Below are positions 55,806 to 64,000 of a DNA stretch of 64,000 nt, in pieces. Source of the stretch: a bacterium. GTDB lineage: Archaea > Thermoplasmatota > E2 > JACPAO01 > JAHFTW01. Position 1 is the first letter of the stretch. Every line of letters begins with the position of its first letter. The notes beneath the pieces were generated by a model. The model saw nothing but the letters and a program-made list of their open reading frames with translations. It made no database searches and had not been told where the DNA came from. The position numbers and the translations under genes were made by a program. The DNA is taken from assembly GCA_040390065.1 (NCBI GenBank), contig JAZJZE010000001.1, positions 326,718 to 390,717 of the forward strand, read 5' to 3'.

Positions 55806-55997
55806 ATGACGGCCGATGCCGAAGAGTGCCAGACCTGCCAGGCGCCGCTGTCATGGGTCGACGCCGCCTACTCCTGCGCCCTCGACTGCACGTTCTGCCC
55901 TGATTGCGCGGAGCAATACGGCCACGTCTGCCCCAATTGCTCCGGCGAGCTGACCATGCGGGCCCGCAAGACGCAGCCAGTAGGCCCTCGGCGATGA
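55806..55997 (+). CDS. DUF1272-like Cys-rich small protein
   Basis: 'CQTC...AYSCALDCTFCPDCAE...VCPNCSGEL'. Confidence 0.8.
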   Translation: MTADAEECQTCQAPLSWVDAAYSCALDCTFCPDCAEQYGHVCPNCSGELTMRARKTQPVGPRR

Positions 55998-56518
55998 CGG
56001 TGTCCGTCTTCGTCGGCGTCAGCGTCGACGGCTTCCTGGCGCGCCCCGACGGCGGCCTCGATTGGCTCCCCTCGCCTGGCGGCGATGACGCAGGCTATGC
56101 CGACTTCATGGCCGGCATCGACGCCCTCGTCATGGGACGAAAGACGTTCGAGACCGCCCTTGGATTCGGCAAGTGGCCGTACACCGGCAAGCGCGTCGTG
56201 GTCCTGAGCAGCAAGCCCGTCGACCTCGCGGCCGTACGCGGCCACCGCGTCGAAGCGATGGCGGGCACGCCCGCCGACATCGTGGAGCGCCTTGCGTTGA
56301 CGGGGGCCCGGAACTTGTACGTCGATGGCGGAGCGACCATCCAGGGCTTCCTGCGCGACGGCCTCGTCGACCGGCTCATCGTCACGCGCGTCCCCGTCCT
56401 CATCGGCCAAGGCATCCCCCTGTTCGGGCCGCTTGCCAACGACGTCCGACTGCGGCAGGTGGCGACGCGCACGTTTTCCGGTGGCTTGGTCCAGACCGAA
56501 TATGCAGTCGTCCGCTGA
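55994..56518 (+). CDS. Dihydrofolate reductase-like/RibD C-terminal domain protein
   Basis: 'SVDGFLARPDGGLDWL', 'MGRKTFE', 'VDGGATIQGFL', 'PVLIGQGIPLF'. Confidence 0.9.
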   Translation: MTVSVFVGVSVDGFLARPDGGLDWLPSPGGDDAGYADFMAGIDALVMGRKTFETALGFGKWPYTGKRVVVLSSKPVDLAAVRGHRVEAMAGTPADIVERLALTGARNLYVDGGATIQGFLRDGLVDRLIVTRVPVLIGQGIPLFGPLANDVRLRQVATRTFSGGLVQTEYAVVR

Positions 56519-56542
56519 CCCTGGAAGGCGCCCCATCACCTC

Positions 56543-56829
56543 TTTATACCCCCCCTCCGTCGCCGCGTTTAGCAGCTTCACCAGACGCTGTCGGGCAATG
56601 CCTTGTGCAACCCGGTGCGGCAAGTCCGCCTTCCAGTGATGGAGGGCCCCCTTGGACATGCAGCAGGCGTCACGGTGGAACCGCGTCGAAGTCCTTCGGG
56701 ACCTCGGCAGTCATCCGTCTTGGGCGATAGGGGCTCTTCCACGATCTCGTGGTGGAACCACCCGTTCCAAACACCAGGCGCGACGGCGGCATAGGGGCCG
56801 CCTGACCGTCAGCACAGGAGACACATCAC
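56543..56829 (+). promoter_or_regulatory. TATA box and long structured leader of the rpl3 operon
   Basis: TTTATA at 56543; hairpins at 56628-56647 (GTGA loop), 56691-56702 (TTCG), 56753-56769 and 56785-56802; AGGAG RBS. Confidence 0.6.
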
Positions 56830-57831
56830 ATGGGCAAACGTTCTCACCCGCGACAGGGCTCGATGGGGTTCTACCCCCGCAAGCGCGCGCGCTCCACCGT
56901 CCCGCACGTCAAGGCCTGGGCCGCTGACGCCGGACAACCGAAACTGCAGGGCTTCGCCGGCTACAAGGCCGGCATGACGCACGCCTTGGTCATCGACTAC
57001 CGGCCGACCTCCGACACGTCGGGCCAGGAAGTCCGCATGCCCGTCACCGTCATCGAGACGCCGCCCATGGGCGTCGTCGCGGTCCGCCTGTACGAGAACA
57101 CCCCGTACGGCCTCAAGACCATCACCGAGATCTGGGCCGACAAGGTCGACCAGCGCCTCGACAACCGCCAGCCCCTCGGCAAGCAGGCCGACGTCGCCGC
57201 GAACTGGAAACTCGTGAGCGAGTCCGTCATCGCCGATGTCCGCGTCCTGGCCCACACGCAGCCCGTCGAAGTGACCGGCGTCGACTCGAAGATCCCCGAG
57301 ATCATGGAGATCCGCGTCGGCGGCGGCGACCTCAAGGCCCGCGTCGAATACGCCAAGTCCATCCTGGGCAAGACCATCTCGGTCGACCAGGCACTCAAGT
57401 CCGGCCAGATGATGGACGCCCTTGCCATCACGAAGGGCTACGGGTTCGAGTCGCGCGTCGTGCGCTTCCACACCAAGTTGCTCTCGCACAAGAACTCCAA
57501 GCACCGCCGCATGATCGGCACCCAGGGCTCCTGGCACCCGAACTGGGTCCAGAGCACGGTCCCGAACGACGGCCAGCGCGGCTTCCACCAGCGCACGGAG
57601 TACAACAAGCGCGTCCTCAAGATCGGCACCGATGGCGCCGAGATCACGCCTGCCGGCGGCTTCCCGCACTACGGCGTCGTGCGCAACGGCTACATCATCG
57701 TGCACGGCAGCATCCCGGGCCCGACGCGCCGCCTCATCCGCATGCGCGACGCCGTCCGCTACACGCGCGGCATCGAGGTCCAGCAGGCCGACATCCGCTA
57801 CGTCTCCACCGCCAGCAAGCAGGGGGCCTGA
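56830..57831 (+). CDS. rpl3: 50S ribosomal protein uL3
   Basis: 'GSMGFYPRKRA', 'GYKAGMTH', 'GFHQRTEYNKR'. Confidence 0.98.
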   Translation: MGKRSHPRQGSMGFYPRKRARSTVPHVKAWAADAGQPKLQGFAGYKAGMTHALVIDYRPTSDTSGQEVRMPVTVIETPPMGVVAVRLYENTPYGLKTITEIWADKVDQRLDNRQPLGKQADVAANWKLVSESVIADVRVLAHTQPVEVTGVDSKIPEIMEIRVGGGDLKARVEYAKSILGKTISVDQALKSGQMMDALAITKGYGFESRVVRFHTKLLSHKNSKHRRMIGTQGSWHPNWVQSTVPNDGQRGFHQRTEYNKRVLKIGTDGAEITPAGGFPHYGVVRNGYIIVHGSIPGPTRRLIRMRDAVRYTRGIEVQQADIRYVSTASKQGA

Positions 57832-57833
57832 AG

Positions 57834-58595
57834 ATGACGAAGATCACGATCCATAACAAGGAAGGCAAGTCGGCCGGCTCGGTCGAACTGCCCGCCGTCT
57901 TCGACACGCCGCTGCGCATCGACCTCATCCGCAAGGCCGTCAACGTGGCCCAAGCCAACCGCCGCCAGCGCTACGGCGCCATGCCGGTGGCCGGCGAGCG
58001 CCCGTCCGTCGAGTGGCCCGGCAAGGGCAAGGGCATGGCCCGCACGCCGCGCATGAAGCAGGCCGACGGCGCAGCCTTCGTGCCCAACGCGTACCACGGC
58101 CGCCGCGCCCACCCGCCCGAGTCGCGCCACTTCTGGACCGAGAAGATCAACACGAAGGAGCGCCGCCTCGCCATCGCGTCGGCCCTCGCGGCGACCGCCA
58201 ACGGCGCCATCGTGCGCGCCCGCGGCCACAAGGTCGACGACAAGCTCGCCCTCCCCGTCATCGTGACGGACGACGCCATCGGCGCCGCGAAGACCAGCGA
58301 CCTCGCCGACATCTTCGGCAAGCTAGGACTCGCCGGCGACCTCGAGCGCGCCAAGAACGGCGTGCACGTGCGCGCCGGCATGGGCAAACTCCGCGGCCGC
58401 CGCTACAGGACCCCGAAGTCGGTCCTCCTCGTCACGGCCGACGGCAAGGCCCCGGGCGCACGCAACCTTGCTGGCGTCGAGGTCGTCGCGGCCCGCAACC
58501 TGTCGGCCGAACACCTCGCCCCCGGCGGCGACGCCGGCCGCCTCACGGTCTTCACGCAAGGCGCCATCGCCGCCATCCAGGAGGCCTTCCAATGA
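57834..58595 (+). CDS. rpl4: 50S ribosomal protein uL4
   Basis: 'GRRAHPP', 'KINTKERRLA', 'LAPGGDAGRLT'. Confidence 0.98.
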   Translation: MTKITIHNKEGKSAGSVELPAVFDTPLRIDLIRKAVNVAQANRRQRYGAMPVAGERPSVEWPGKGKGMARTPRMKQADGAAFVPNAYHGRRAHPPESRHFWTEKINTKERRLAIASALAATANGAIVRARGHKVDDKLALPVIVTDDAIGAAKTSDLADIFGKLGLAGDLERAKNGVHVRAGMGKLRGRRYRTPKSVLLVTADGKAPGARNLAGVEVVAARNLSAEHLAPGGDAGRLTVFTQGAIAAIQEAFQ

Positions 58596-58852
58596 TTGAC
58601 CCGCACGACGTCCTCCTGCACCCGATGGTGACGGAGAAGACCATGATGCTCATGGACCGCAACAACTCGCTCGAGTTCCTGGTGCGCCGCACCGCGAACA
58701 AGCCCGAGATCAAGTCGGCCATCGAGCAGCTCTTCGACTGCAAGGTCGCGACCGTCAACACCCGCATCACGAAGGACGGCAAGCGCGCCATCGTCAAGTT
58801 CGCGGGCGAGACGACTGCTGAGGACATCGGCATGCGCATCGGGGTGTTCTAA
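58592..58852 (+). CDS. rpl23: 50S ribosomal protein uL23
   Basis: 'HPMVTEKT...ANKPEIK...IGVF'. Confidence 0.97.
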   Translation: MIDPHDVLLHPMVTEKTMMLMDRNNSLEFLVRRTANKPEIKSAIEQLFDCKVATVNTRITKDGKRAIVKFAGETTAEDIGMRIGVF

Positions 58853-58909
58853 GTGAGCATTCCACAGATTGCCAATGGGAACTCACCGACAATCCAGGGG
58901 GGTTTCTAG

Positions 58910-59617
58910 ATGGGAAAGCGCATCCTGACACGCCGCCGCGGAGCCATGGCCCCGCGCATGCTGTCGCCCAGCCACCGCCACTCCGGCAACGTCAGCTACC
59001 CGGTCAACTTCACGGGCAGCGGCACGGTCGAGAAGCTCGACCACGCCCCGGGCCGCACCTGCATCCTCGCCACCCTGAAGCTCTCGGACGGCAAGGAGCT
59101 CCTGCACATCGCGAGCGAAGGCATGTCGGTCGGGCAGGTCGTGACCTTCACGGCCACGACGCAGATCCTCCCCGGCAACGTCACCATCGTCTCCAAGATT
59201 CCGGAAGGCACCCCGATCTACAACATCGAGGCGCGCCCCAACGACGGCGGCAAGTTCGTCCGCACCGCCGGCACGGCCGCCGAGATCGTCACGCACGCGG
59301 AGGGCCGCACGGTCATCCGCATGCCTTCGGGCAAGTTCCGTGACTGCCACCCGCTGGCCCGCGCCACCATCGGCCTCATCGCCGGCGGCGGCCGCGGCGA
59401 CAAACCGTTCCTCAAGGCCGGCAAAGTGTACCACCACATGCGCGCCCGTGGCCAACGCTGGCCCCGCGTGCGCGGTGTCGCCATGAACCCCGTGGACCAC
59501 CCCCACGGCGGCGGCGCACACAACTTCCGTGGCGGTCAGACCTCGGTGGCTCGCGGGGCACCCCCGGGCCGCAAGGTCGGCAAGATCGCACCCAGCCGAA
59601 CCGGCATGAGGAGGTAA
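58910..59617 (+). CDS. rpl2: 50S ribosomal protein uL2
   Basis: 'WPRVRGVAMNPVDHPHGGG'. Confidence 0.98.
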   Translation: MGKRILTRRRGAMAPRMLSPSHRHSGNVSYPVNFTGSGTVEKLDHAPGRTCILATLKLSDGKELLHIASEGMSVGQVVTFTATTQILPGNVTIVSKIPEGTPIYNIEARPNDGGKFVRTAGTAAEIVTHAEGRTVIRMPSGKFRDCHPLARATIGLIAGGGRGDKPFLKAGKVYHHMRARGQRWPRVRGVAMNPVDHPHGGGAHNFRGGQTSVARGAPPGRKVGKIAPSRTGMRR

Positions 59618-59621
59618 TTCC

Positions 59622-60086
59622 ATGGCAAAACGCGTCATCGTCAACGTCGGCGCCGCCCGCCGCAAGCTGCGCAAGGCAAAGGCGGTCATCGAGACCCGCT
59701 CCAAGAAGGAGTTCCTGTACCGTGGCAAGAGCCTCGCAGAGTTGCAGGCCATGCCCCTGGACCAGGTGCTGCCCCTGCTGCCGAGCCGCACCCGCCGCCT
59801 CTACACCCGCGGTGTGAAGCCGGAGGAGAAGCGCTTCCTCGAGAAGGTCGAGGCCGCCAAGCCCGGCGAGGTCGTGCGCACGCACTACCGCCACATGGGC
59901 ATCCTGCCGCGCTTTGTCGGCAAGATCGTCGCCGTGCACAACGGCCACGAGTTCCAGAACGTGACGGTCCAGCCGGAGATGATCGGCCACCGCCTCGGCG
60001 AGTTCGCGATCACCACGAAGGCCTGCATCCACTCGGGTGTGGGTGTCGGTGCGACACGGTCGAGCAAGCATGTCCCCCTGAAGTGA
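59622..60086 (+). CDS. rps19: 30S ribosomal protein uS19
   Basis: 'PEMIGHRLGEF', 'GVGATRSSKHVPLK'. Confidence 0.98.
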   Translation: MAKRVIVNVGAARRKLRKAKAVIETRSKKEFLYRGKSLAELQAMPLDQVLPLLPSRTRRLYTRGVKPEEKRFLEKVEAAKPGEVVRTHYRHMGILPRFVGKIVAVHNGHEFQNVTVQPEMIGHRLGEFAITTKACIHSGVGVGATRSSKHVPLK

Positions 60087-60091
60087 TTGCC

Positions 60092-60706
60092 ATGGCGACC
60101 TACTACTCCACCGTCAGCGATTCCGAAACCACCGCTCGCGCCTATGGCCGCGACCTGGACTGCTCCCCGAAGAGCGGCCGCAACGTCGCCCGCGCCATCA
60201 AGGGCATGCCCGTCGCGCGCGCCAAGACCTTCCTGCAGGAAGTTGCCGAGCTCAAGACGCCGGTCCCCTTCAAGGTCCGCAACCGCAAGATCCACCACCG
60301 GCGCGGCCAGGGCTTCGGCCCCGGCAAGTACCCGGTCGGCACGGTCACGCGTATGCTCAAGGTGCTCGAGTCCGCCGAGGCGAACGCCGAATACAAGGGG
60401 CTCGACAAGGAGCGCCTCGTCATCACGCACGCCACGGCCTACCAAGGCACCGTGAACCAGGCGTTCACGCCGCGCGCCCAGGGCCGCGCAACGCCGCACT
60501 ACAACCGCAAGTGCAACTTCGAGGTCATCGTCAGCGTCATCGAGGAGGACGAGGAGTCGGCGTCGCCCCGCAAGGGCCGCGCCGCCAAGTCCGCCAAGAC
60601 CGCGAAGCCGAAGGCAGAGAAGGGCGAGAAGGCCGAGGCCAAGGGCGCCAAGGCCGACAAGCCGGCCCCGAAGGCCACGAAGGAGTCCAAGGGAGCTGAG
60701 AACTGA
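60092..60706 (+). CDS. rpl22: 50S ribosomal protein uL22 with Lys/Ala-rich tail
   Basis: 'GKYP', 'ANAEYKGLD', 'PRAQGRATP'. Confidence 0.97.
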   Translation: MATYYSTVSDSETTARAYGRDLDCSPKSGRNVARAIKGMPVARAKTFLQEVAELKTPVPFKVRNRKIHHRRGQGFGPGKYPVGTVTRMLKVLESAEANAEYKGLDKERLVITHATAYQGTVNQAFTPRAQGRATPHYNRKCNFEVIVSVIEEDEESASPRKGRAAKSAKTAKPKAEKGEKAEAKGAKADKPAPKATKESKGAEN

Positions 60707-61575
60707 TGGCAGTCGAACGCAAATTCATCAAGGAATCCGTCAACCGCCTCCTGGTCAAGGATTTCGTCAAGAAGGAGACCGAGCGCGCCGGCTACGGCGG
60801 CATGGACATCCAGCGCACGCCGCTCGGTACCCGCGTCAACATCGTCGCCGAGCGCCCGGGCATGGTCATCGGCCGCCGCGGCGAGACCATCAACAAGCTC
60901 ACCTCCCGCCTGCACGGCGAGTTCGGCCTCGAGAACCCGCAGATCTCCGTCGAAGAGCCGAACTACAACCCCGGCTTGAACGCGCAGATCATGGCCATCA
61001 AGGTCGCCGAGTCCCTGGAGCGCGGCTGGCACTTCCGCCGCGTCGGCCACAGCACCGTCCAGCGCGTCATGGCATCCGGCGCCCAGGGCGTCATCGTCGA
61101 GATCGCCGGCAAGCTCACGGGCCAGCGCAAGCGCCGCGAGAAATTCATCGCCGGCCACGTCAAGTACTGCGGCGAGACGGCCCTCACCCTGATGGACGTC
61201 GGCTACGCCCAGTGCAAGAAGAAGCTCGGCATCATCGGCTGCACCGTCCGCATCATGAAGAAGGACGCCCACCTGCCCGACGAAGTCAAGATCTTCGCGC
61301 CCGGCGAGAAGGATGCCGCAGAGGCAGCCCGCAAGGCCCGCGTCGCCCAGCAGGCCGCTGGCGTCCAGACCGTGGCACCCGACTTCGGCGGCGGCGCCGC
61401 AGCCGGAGCCAGCCCGCAGACCGGCACGGCATCCCCCGCCCCGGCAGCGCCGGCGGCCCCGGCCGGCCCCCGCATGCCCGCATCGTCGGGACCGGTGGAG
61501 CCGCCCTCGAAGACGGGCGACCGCCGCGAGCGCAAGTCCTTTACCGTCGGCGGCACCTCGGGAGGTAGCCAATAA
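60706..61575 (+). CDS. rps3: 30S ribosomal protein uS3
   Basis: 'RTPLGT', 'PGMVIGRRG', 'LERGWHFRR'. Confidence 0.98.
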   Translation: MAVERKFIKESVNRLLVKDFVKKETERAGYGGMDIQRTPLGTRVNIVAERPGMVIGRRGETINKLTSRLHGEFGLENPQISVEEPNYNPGLNAQIMAIKVAESLERGWHFRRVGHSTVQRVMASGAQGVIVEIAGKLTGQRKRREKFIAGHVKYCGETALTLMDVGYAQCKKKLGIIGCTVRIMKKDAHLPDEVKIFAPGEKDAAEAARKARVAQQAAGVQTVAPDFGGGAAAGASPQTGTASPAPAAPAAPAGPRMPASSGPVEPPSKTGDRRERKSFTVGGTSGGSQ

Positions 61576-61829
61576 TGCTCAAGGCCAACGAAGTCCGCGC
61601 CATGCCCAAGGAAGACCGCAAGTCCCGTCTGTCGGAACTGCGCCGGGAACTCATGCAGGAGCGCGGCATCCAGGCCATGGGCGGCTCGACGCCGAACCCC
61701 GGCAAGATTCGCACGCTGCGCCGCGAGATTGCGCGCATCCTGACCATCCAAAACGAAGATGTCCATGGTATCAAGCGTGGCCCGGCGGTCGTCGTCGCCG
61801 GCCGCGCCAAGAAGGAGTCCGCGAAGTGA
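61575..61829 (+). CDS. rpl29: 50S ribosomal protein uL29
   Basis: 'NPGKIRTLRREIARILT'. Confidence 0.96.
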   Translation: MLKANEVRAMPKEDRKSRLSELRRELMQERGIQAMGGSTPNPGKIRTLRREIARILTIQNEDVHGIKRGPAVVVAGRAKKESAK

Positions 61830-61866
61830 ATTCCGACGTCTCCCGGGCAGCCCGCGGAGGCCCGCA

Positions 61867-62160
61867 GTGATCTGCGACACCTGTGGCCTTCCCAAGGAGA
61901 TTTGCGTGTGCGAGGACATCGCACGCGAGCAGCAGGAGATCCGCATCACGACGGACTCGCGCCGCTACGGCAAGAAGATGACGATCGTCGACGGCATCGT
62001 CGACAGCACCATCAGCCTGGACAACCTCCTCTCGACCCTGAAGTCGAAGTGCGCTTGCGGTGGCACCATCAAGGAAGGCGCCATCGAGTTGCAGGGCGAC
62101 CACGCCAAGAAGGTCCAGAAAGTGCTTCTCGAGATGGGATTCCAGGCCCGCGTTGAGTGA
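61867..62160 (+). CDS. Translation initiation factor aIF1 (SUI1)
   Basis: 'CDTCGLPKEICVCE', 'RRYGK', 'ACGGT', 'IELQGDH'. Confidence 0.95.
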   Translation: MICDTCGLPKEICVCEDIAREQQEIRITTDSRRYGKKMTIVDGIVDSTISLDNLLSTLKSKCACGGTIKEGAIELQGDHAKKVQKVLLEMGFQARVE

Positions 62161-62400
62161 GCATTTCGCAGAATCCCTTCGGTCCGTCATCCATCTGGAT
62201 GCCTCGCAGATTGACCAAACCGGGAAAAAACAATCCGTGGAATCTGCTCCCAGTCCGCGCCATTGCAAGACGTGCAAGAGCTCACCAGGGGGATACCTGA
62301 GATCTCGGGGGAATCTGTGGATTGGTGGCGGGTACTCCGCAACGAGCGCACCAAGGCCTGTTCGACGGCGTTCAGGAACGTCGGCTGCCTCGGCTCTCCC

Positions 62401-62796
62401 ATGACCCGCTCGCGGCCGCAAGACTCGCCTGAGACGCAGACCATCCTCCAAGCCGCAGTCGGCATCCACAACTGGCTCGGCGGCGGCCACCCGTGGGCAG
62501 CGTACCGCGAAGCGTTGGCATGCGAGTTCGCGCTGCGCGCCATCCCGTTCTGGCGCGAGCCGTTTCGTCCCGGCCACGCCGTCGACTTCCTCTGCTCTCC
62601 GGGAATCGTCGTGGACGTGCAGCGCGACGTGGACGACGGCCGCGAACGCGACGTGCACGAGGTGCTGCAGGAGACCGGCCTGGCGTTCGGGCTTCGCCTG
62701 GATTTCGCGGGCCCATGCCTCGAAGTGCACCAGATCTGCCTCCGTCACGGGCCCAACCTGGTTTTTCAACGGCCGGCGCCCTCGGCCGCGTCGTGA
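62401..62796 (+). CDS. Degenerate GxxExxY family (PD-(D/E)XK-like) protein
   Basis: 'ILQAAVGIHNWLGGGHPWAAYREALACEF...VDFL...IVVDV...GLRLDF' resembles GxxExxY proteins. Confidence 0.65.
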   Translation: MTRSRPQDSPETQTILQAAVGIHNWLGGGHPWAAYREALACEFALRAIPFWREPFRPGHAVDFLCSPGIVVDVQRDVDDGRERDVHEVLQETGLAFGLRLDFAGPCLEVHQICLRHGPNLVFQRPAPSAAS

Positions 62797-63086
62797 AGCG
62801 CACCATCCCCCGGCTCGAGGGGGCCGCGCGGGCCGTCGCCCGGGGCGAACTCATTGGCCTTGCCGTGGCCGTCGTGGAGTCGACCGACCCCGGGCTGGTG
62901 GGCTTGGCCGGCGTCGTCGTGGACGAAACCCTCCGGACCCTGGTGGTTCGGCGTGGCGATGGGCGCGAAATGCGCGTCGGCAAACCCGGGACCACCTTCG
63001 AATTCGCTTCAGCCGGCGGTCGTGTTCGTATCCCCGGCGCTGCCATCGAGTTCCGCCCCGAGGACAGGACCAAGAAGGTCCGGTAG
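62793..63086 (+). CDS. rnp1: Ribonuclease P protein component 1 (Rpp29/POP4)
   Basis: 'ELIGL.V.VVESTDPGLVGLAGVVVDET', 'RPEDRTK'; expected operon position. Confidence 0.92.
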   Translation: MKRTIPRLEGAARAVARGELIGLAVAVVESTDPGLVGLAGVVVDETLRTLVVRRGDGREMRVGKPGTTFEFASAGGRVRIPGAAIEFRPEDRTKKVR

Positions 63087-63407
63087 GGGAAAACCGTCCT
63101 TGTCTGCGTGGTCGTGGTGTCGGTGGTGGTGGGCTCCGCCGTCGCCGGTGGGCGCGCCGTCGTCCGGCGCGGCGGCGTCCGCCTTGTCGCCCTGCTTCAA
63201 GGTTTGGGGCTCGATTGGCGCCGAGGCCACGGGTTGCGGCCCCTCGGCGTGGGCGCTTCCCGGGACCAAGGACTGCTGCAGGGCGGTCGGCGCGGCAAAC
63301 GGCCGGCCAACCTTCCCCAGGTCCGCACGGTCGGGAAAGGCGACGACGGGGGCAAGGAGGACGAACGCCATGAGCGCGCCCAAGATGGGACTTGACAGGT
63401 CCCTCAA
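63009..63407 (-). CDS. Hypothetical exported protein with His-rich segment
   Basis: Hydrophobic N-terminus and HHHRHHDH; overlaps the rnp1 3' end, so uncertain. Confidence 0.35.
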   Translation of the reverse strand: MRDLSSPILGALMAFVLLAPVVAFPDRADLGKVGRPFAAPTALQQSLVPGSAHAEGPQPVASAPIEPQTLKQGDKADAAAPDDGAPTGDGGAHHHRHHDHADKDGFPLPDLLGPVLGAELDGSAGDTNTTAG

Positions 63408-63549
63408 GGTTGCCCCTCACGACGGCGGCACGCGCGCATGCCCACGCTCTTGGCGCGGTGGGGCCAGATACCTTGCGACAAAATTGCCCGCATGGGGCCA
63501 GCGACCCCTGACCTGCAAGCTTATCGCGGGGCCCACCCTGGACGCAGCC

Positions 63550-63765
63550 ATGCCTGGAACGTATGCGGTCACGAAGCGGGGCCTCAAGGGCGAACCCCTC
63601 GAGATCCGCTGCGAGTCGCACGAGGGTTGCACCTGGACCATGAAATCCACCGGCCCCAAGTCCGACCGCGACCCCATCTTCGAGGCGCAGTGGAAGAACC
63701 ACATGATGGAGGCCAAGACACCCGACGTGCAGGCCTTCGGCCACCTGCGCCGCTCCCGCAAGTAG
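63550..63765 (+). CDS. Small hypothetical protein, possible Zn-binding
   Basis: 71 aa with C-x5-C...H; CTTATC about 25-30 nt upstream. Confidence 0.55.
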   Translation: MPGTYAVTKRGLKGEPLEIRCESHEGCTWTMKSTGPKSDRDPIFEAQWKNHMMEAKTPDVQAFGHLRRSRK

Positions 63766-63772
63766 GTGCCCC

Positions 63773-63994
63773 GTGGACCAGCACAAGCGCATCGCCCACC
63801 TCAAGGATCTGCAGAACGAGAACGACATCCTGCTGCACCAGATGCAGGACCACTTGGCGAAACTGCAGCGCCACCACGCCTCCCGGGAACGCGACCGCGG
63901 CATGCTGCACGCCACCAAGGCCATCGCGCGCGCCGAGAAGGAGAAGCGCTGGCTGGACAGGCAGATGCGCAACGAGTCGAAGCGTTCGAGCTGA
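63773..63994 (+). CDS. Small coiled-coil hypothetical protein
   Basis: GTG start with AGGTG upstream; charged helical sequence. Confidence 0.5.
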   Translation: MDQHKRIAHLKDLQNENDILLHQMQDHLAKLQRHHASRERDRGMLHATKAIARAEKEKRWLDRQMRNESKRSS

Positions 63995-64000
63995 TCCGCT

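Noticed and set aside
56570-56829. RNase P RNA or SRP RNA
   Set aside because: Conserved GAGGAAAGUCC and SRP helix-8 motifs were not found

Overview
High-GC archaeal chromosomal DNA, most consistent with a Thermoplasmatota-like lineage (archaeal-type rpl3-rpl4-rpl23-rpl2-rps19-rpl22-rps3-rpl29-SUI1-rnp1 and rps13-rps4-rps11-rpoD-tRNA-Leu clusters, NreA, a SAMP-like protein, TATA-like promoters). Housekeeping genes (purB, hisS, amt, a bacterial-type NAD-dependent formate dehydrogenase) are interspersed with many secreted, lipoprotein and membrane-anchored proteins (PKD/FN3/TSP3 surface proteins, lysyl oxidase, EXORDIUM-like protein, PPIases, GT2/GT-C). Most unusual observations: (1) both tRNA genes are embedded in structured arrays built from pieces of the same tRNA. 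tRNA-Leu(CAG) has an upstream copy whose anticodon is replaced by a 62-nt hairpin insert, plus a downstream array of alternating sense/antisense 3' ends that leads into a putative PD-(D/E)XK nuclease. tRNA-Ser(CGA) has two 208-bp units each carrying its 5' 50 nt. (2) A putative transmembrane signalling family: an apparently shared extracellular domain is fused either to tandem wHTH or to TPR, next to free tandem-wHTH regulators. (3) A structured MITE, structured ribosomal-operon leaders sharing a stem, a frameshifted membrane anchor, and a subtilase lacking its catalytic Ser. All family calls come from reading motifs by eye; no database searches were run.
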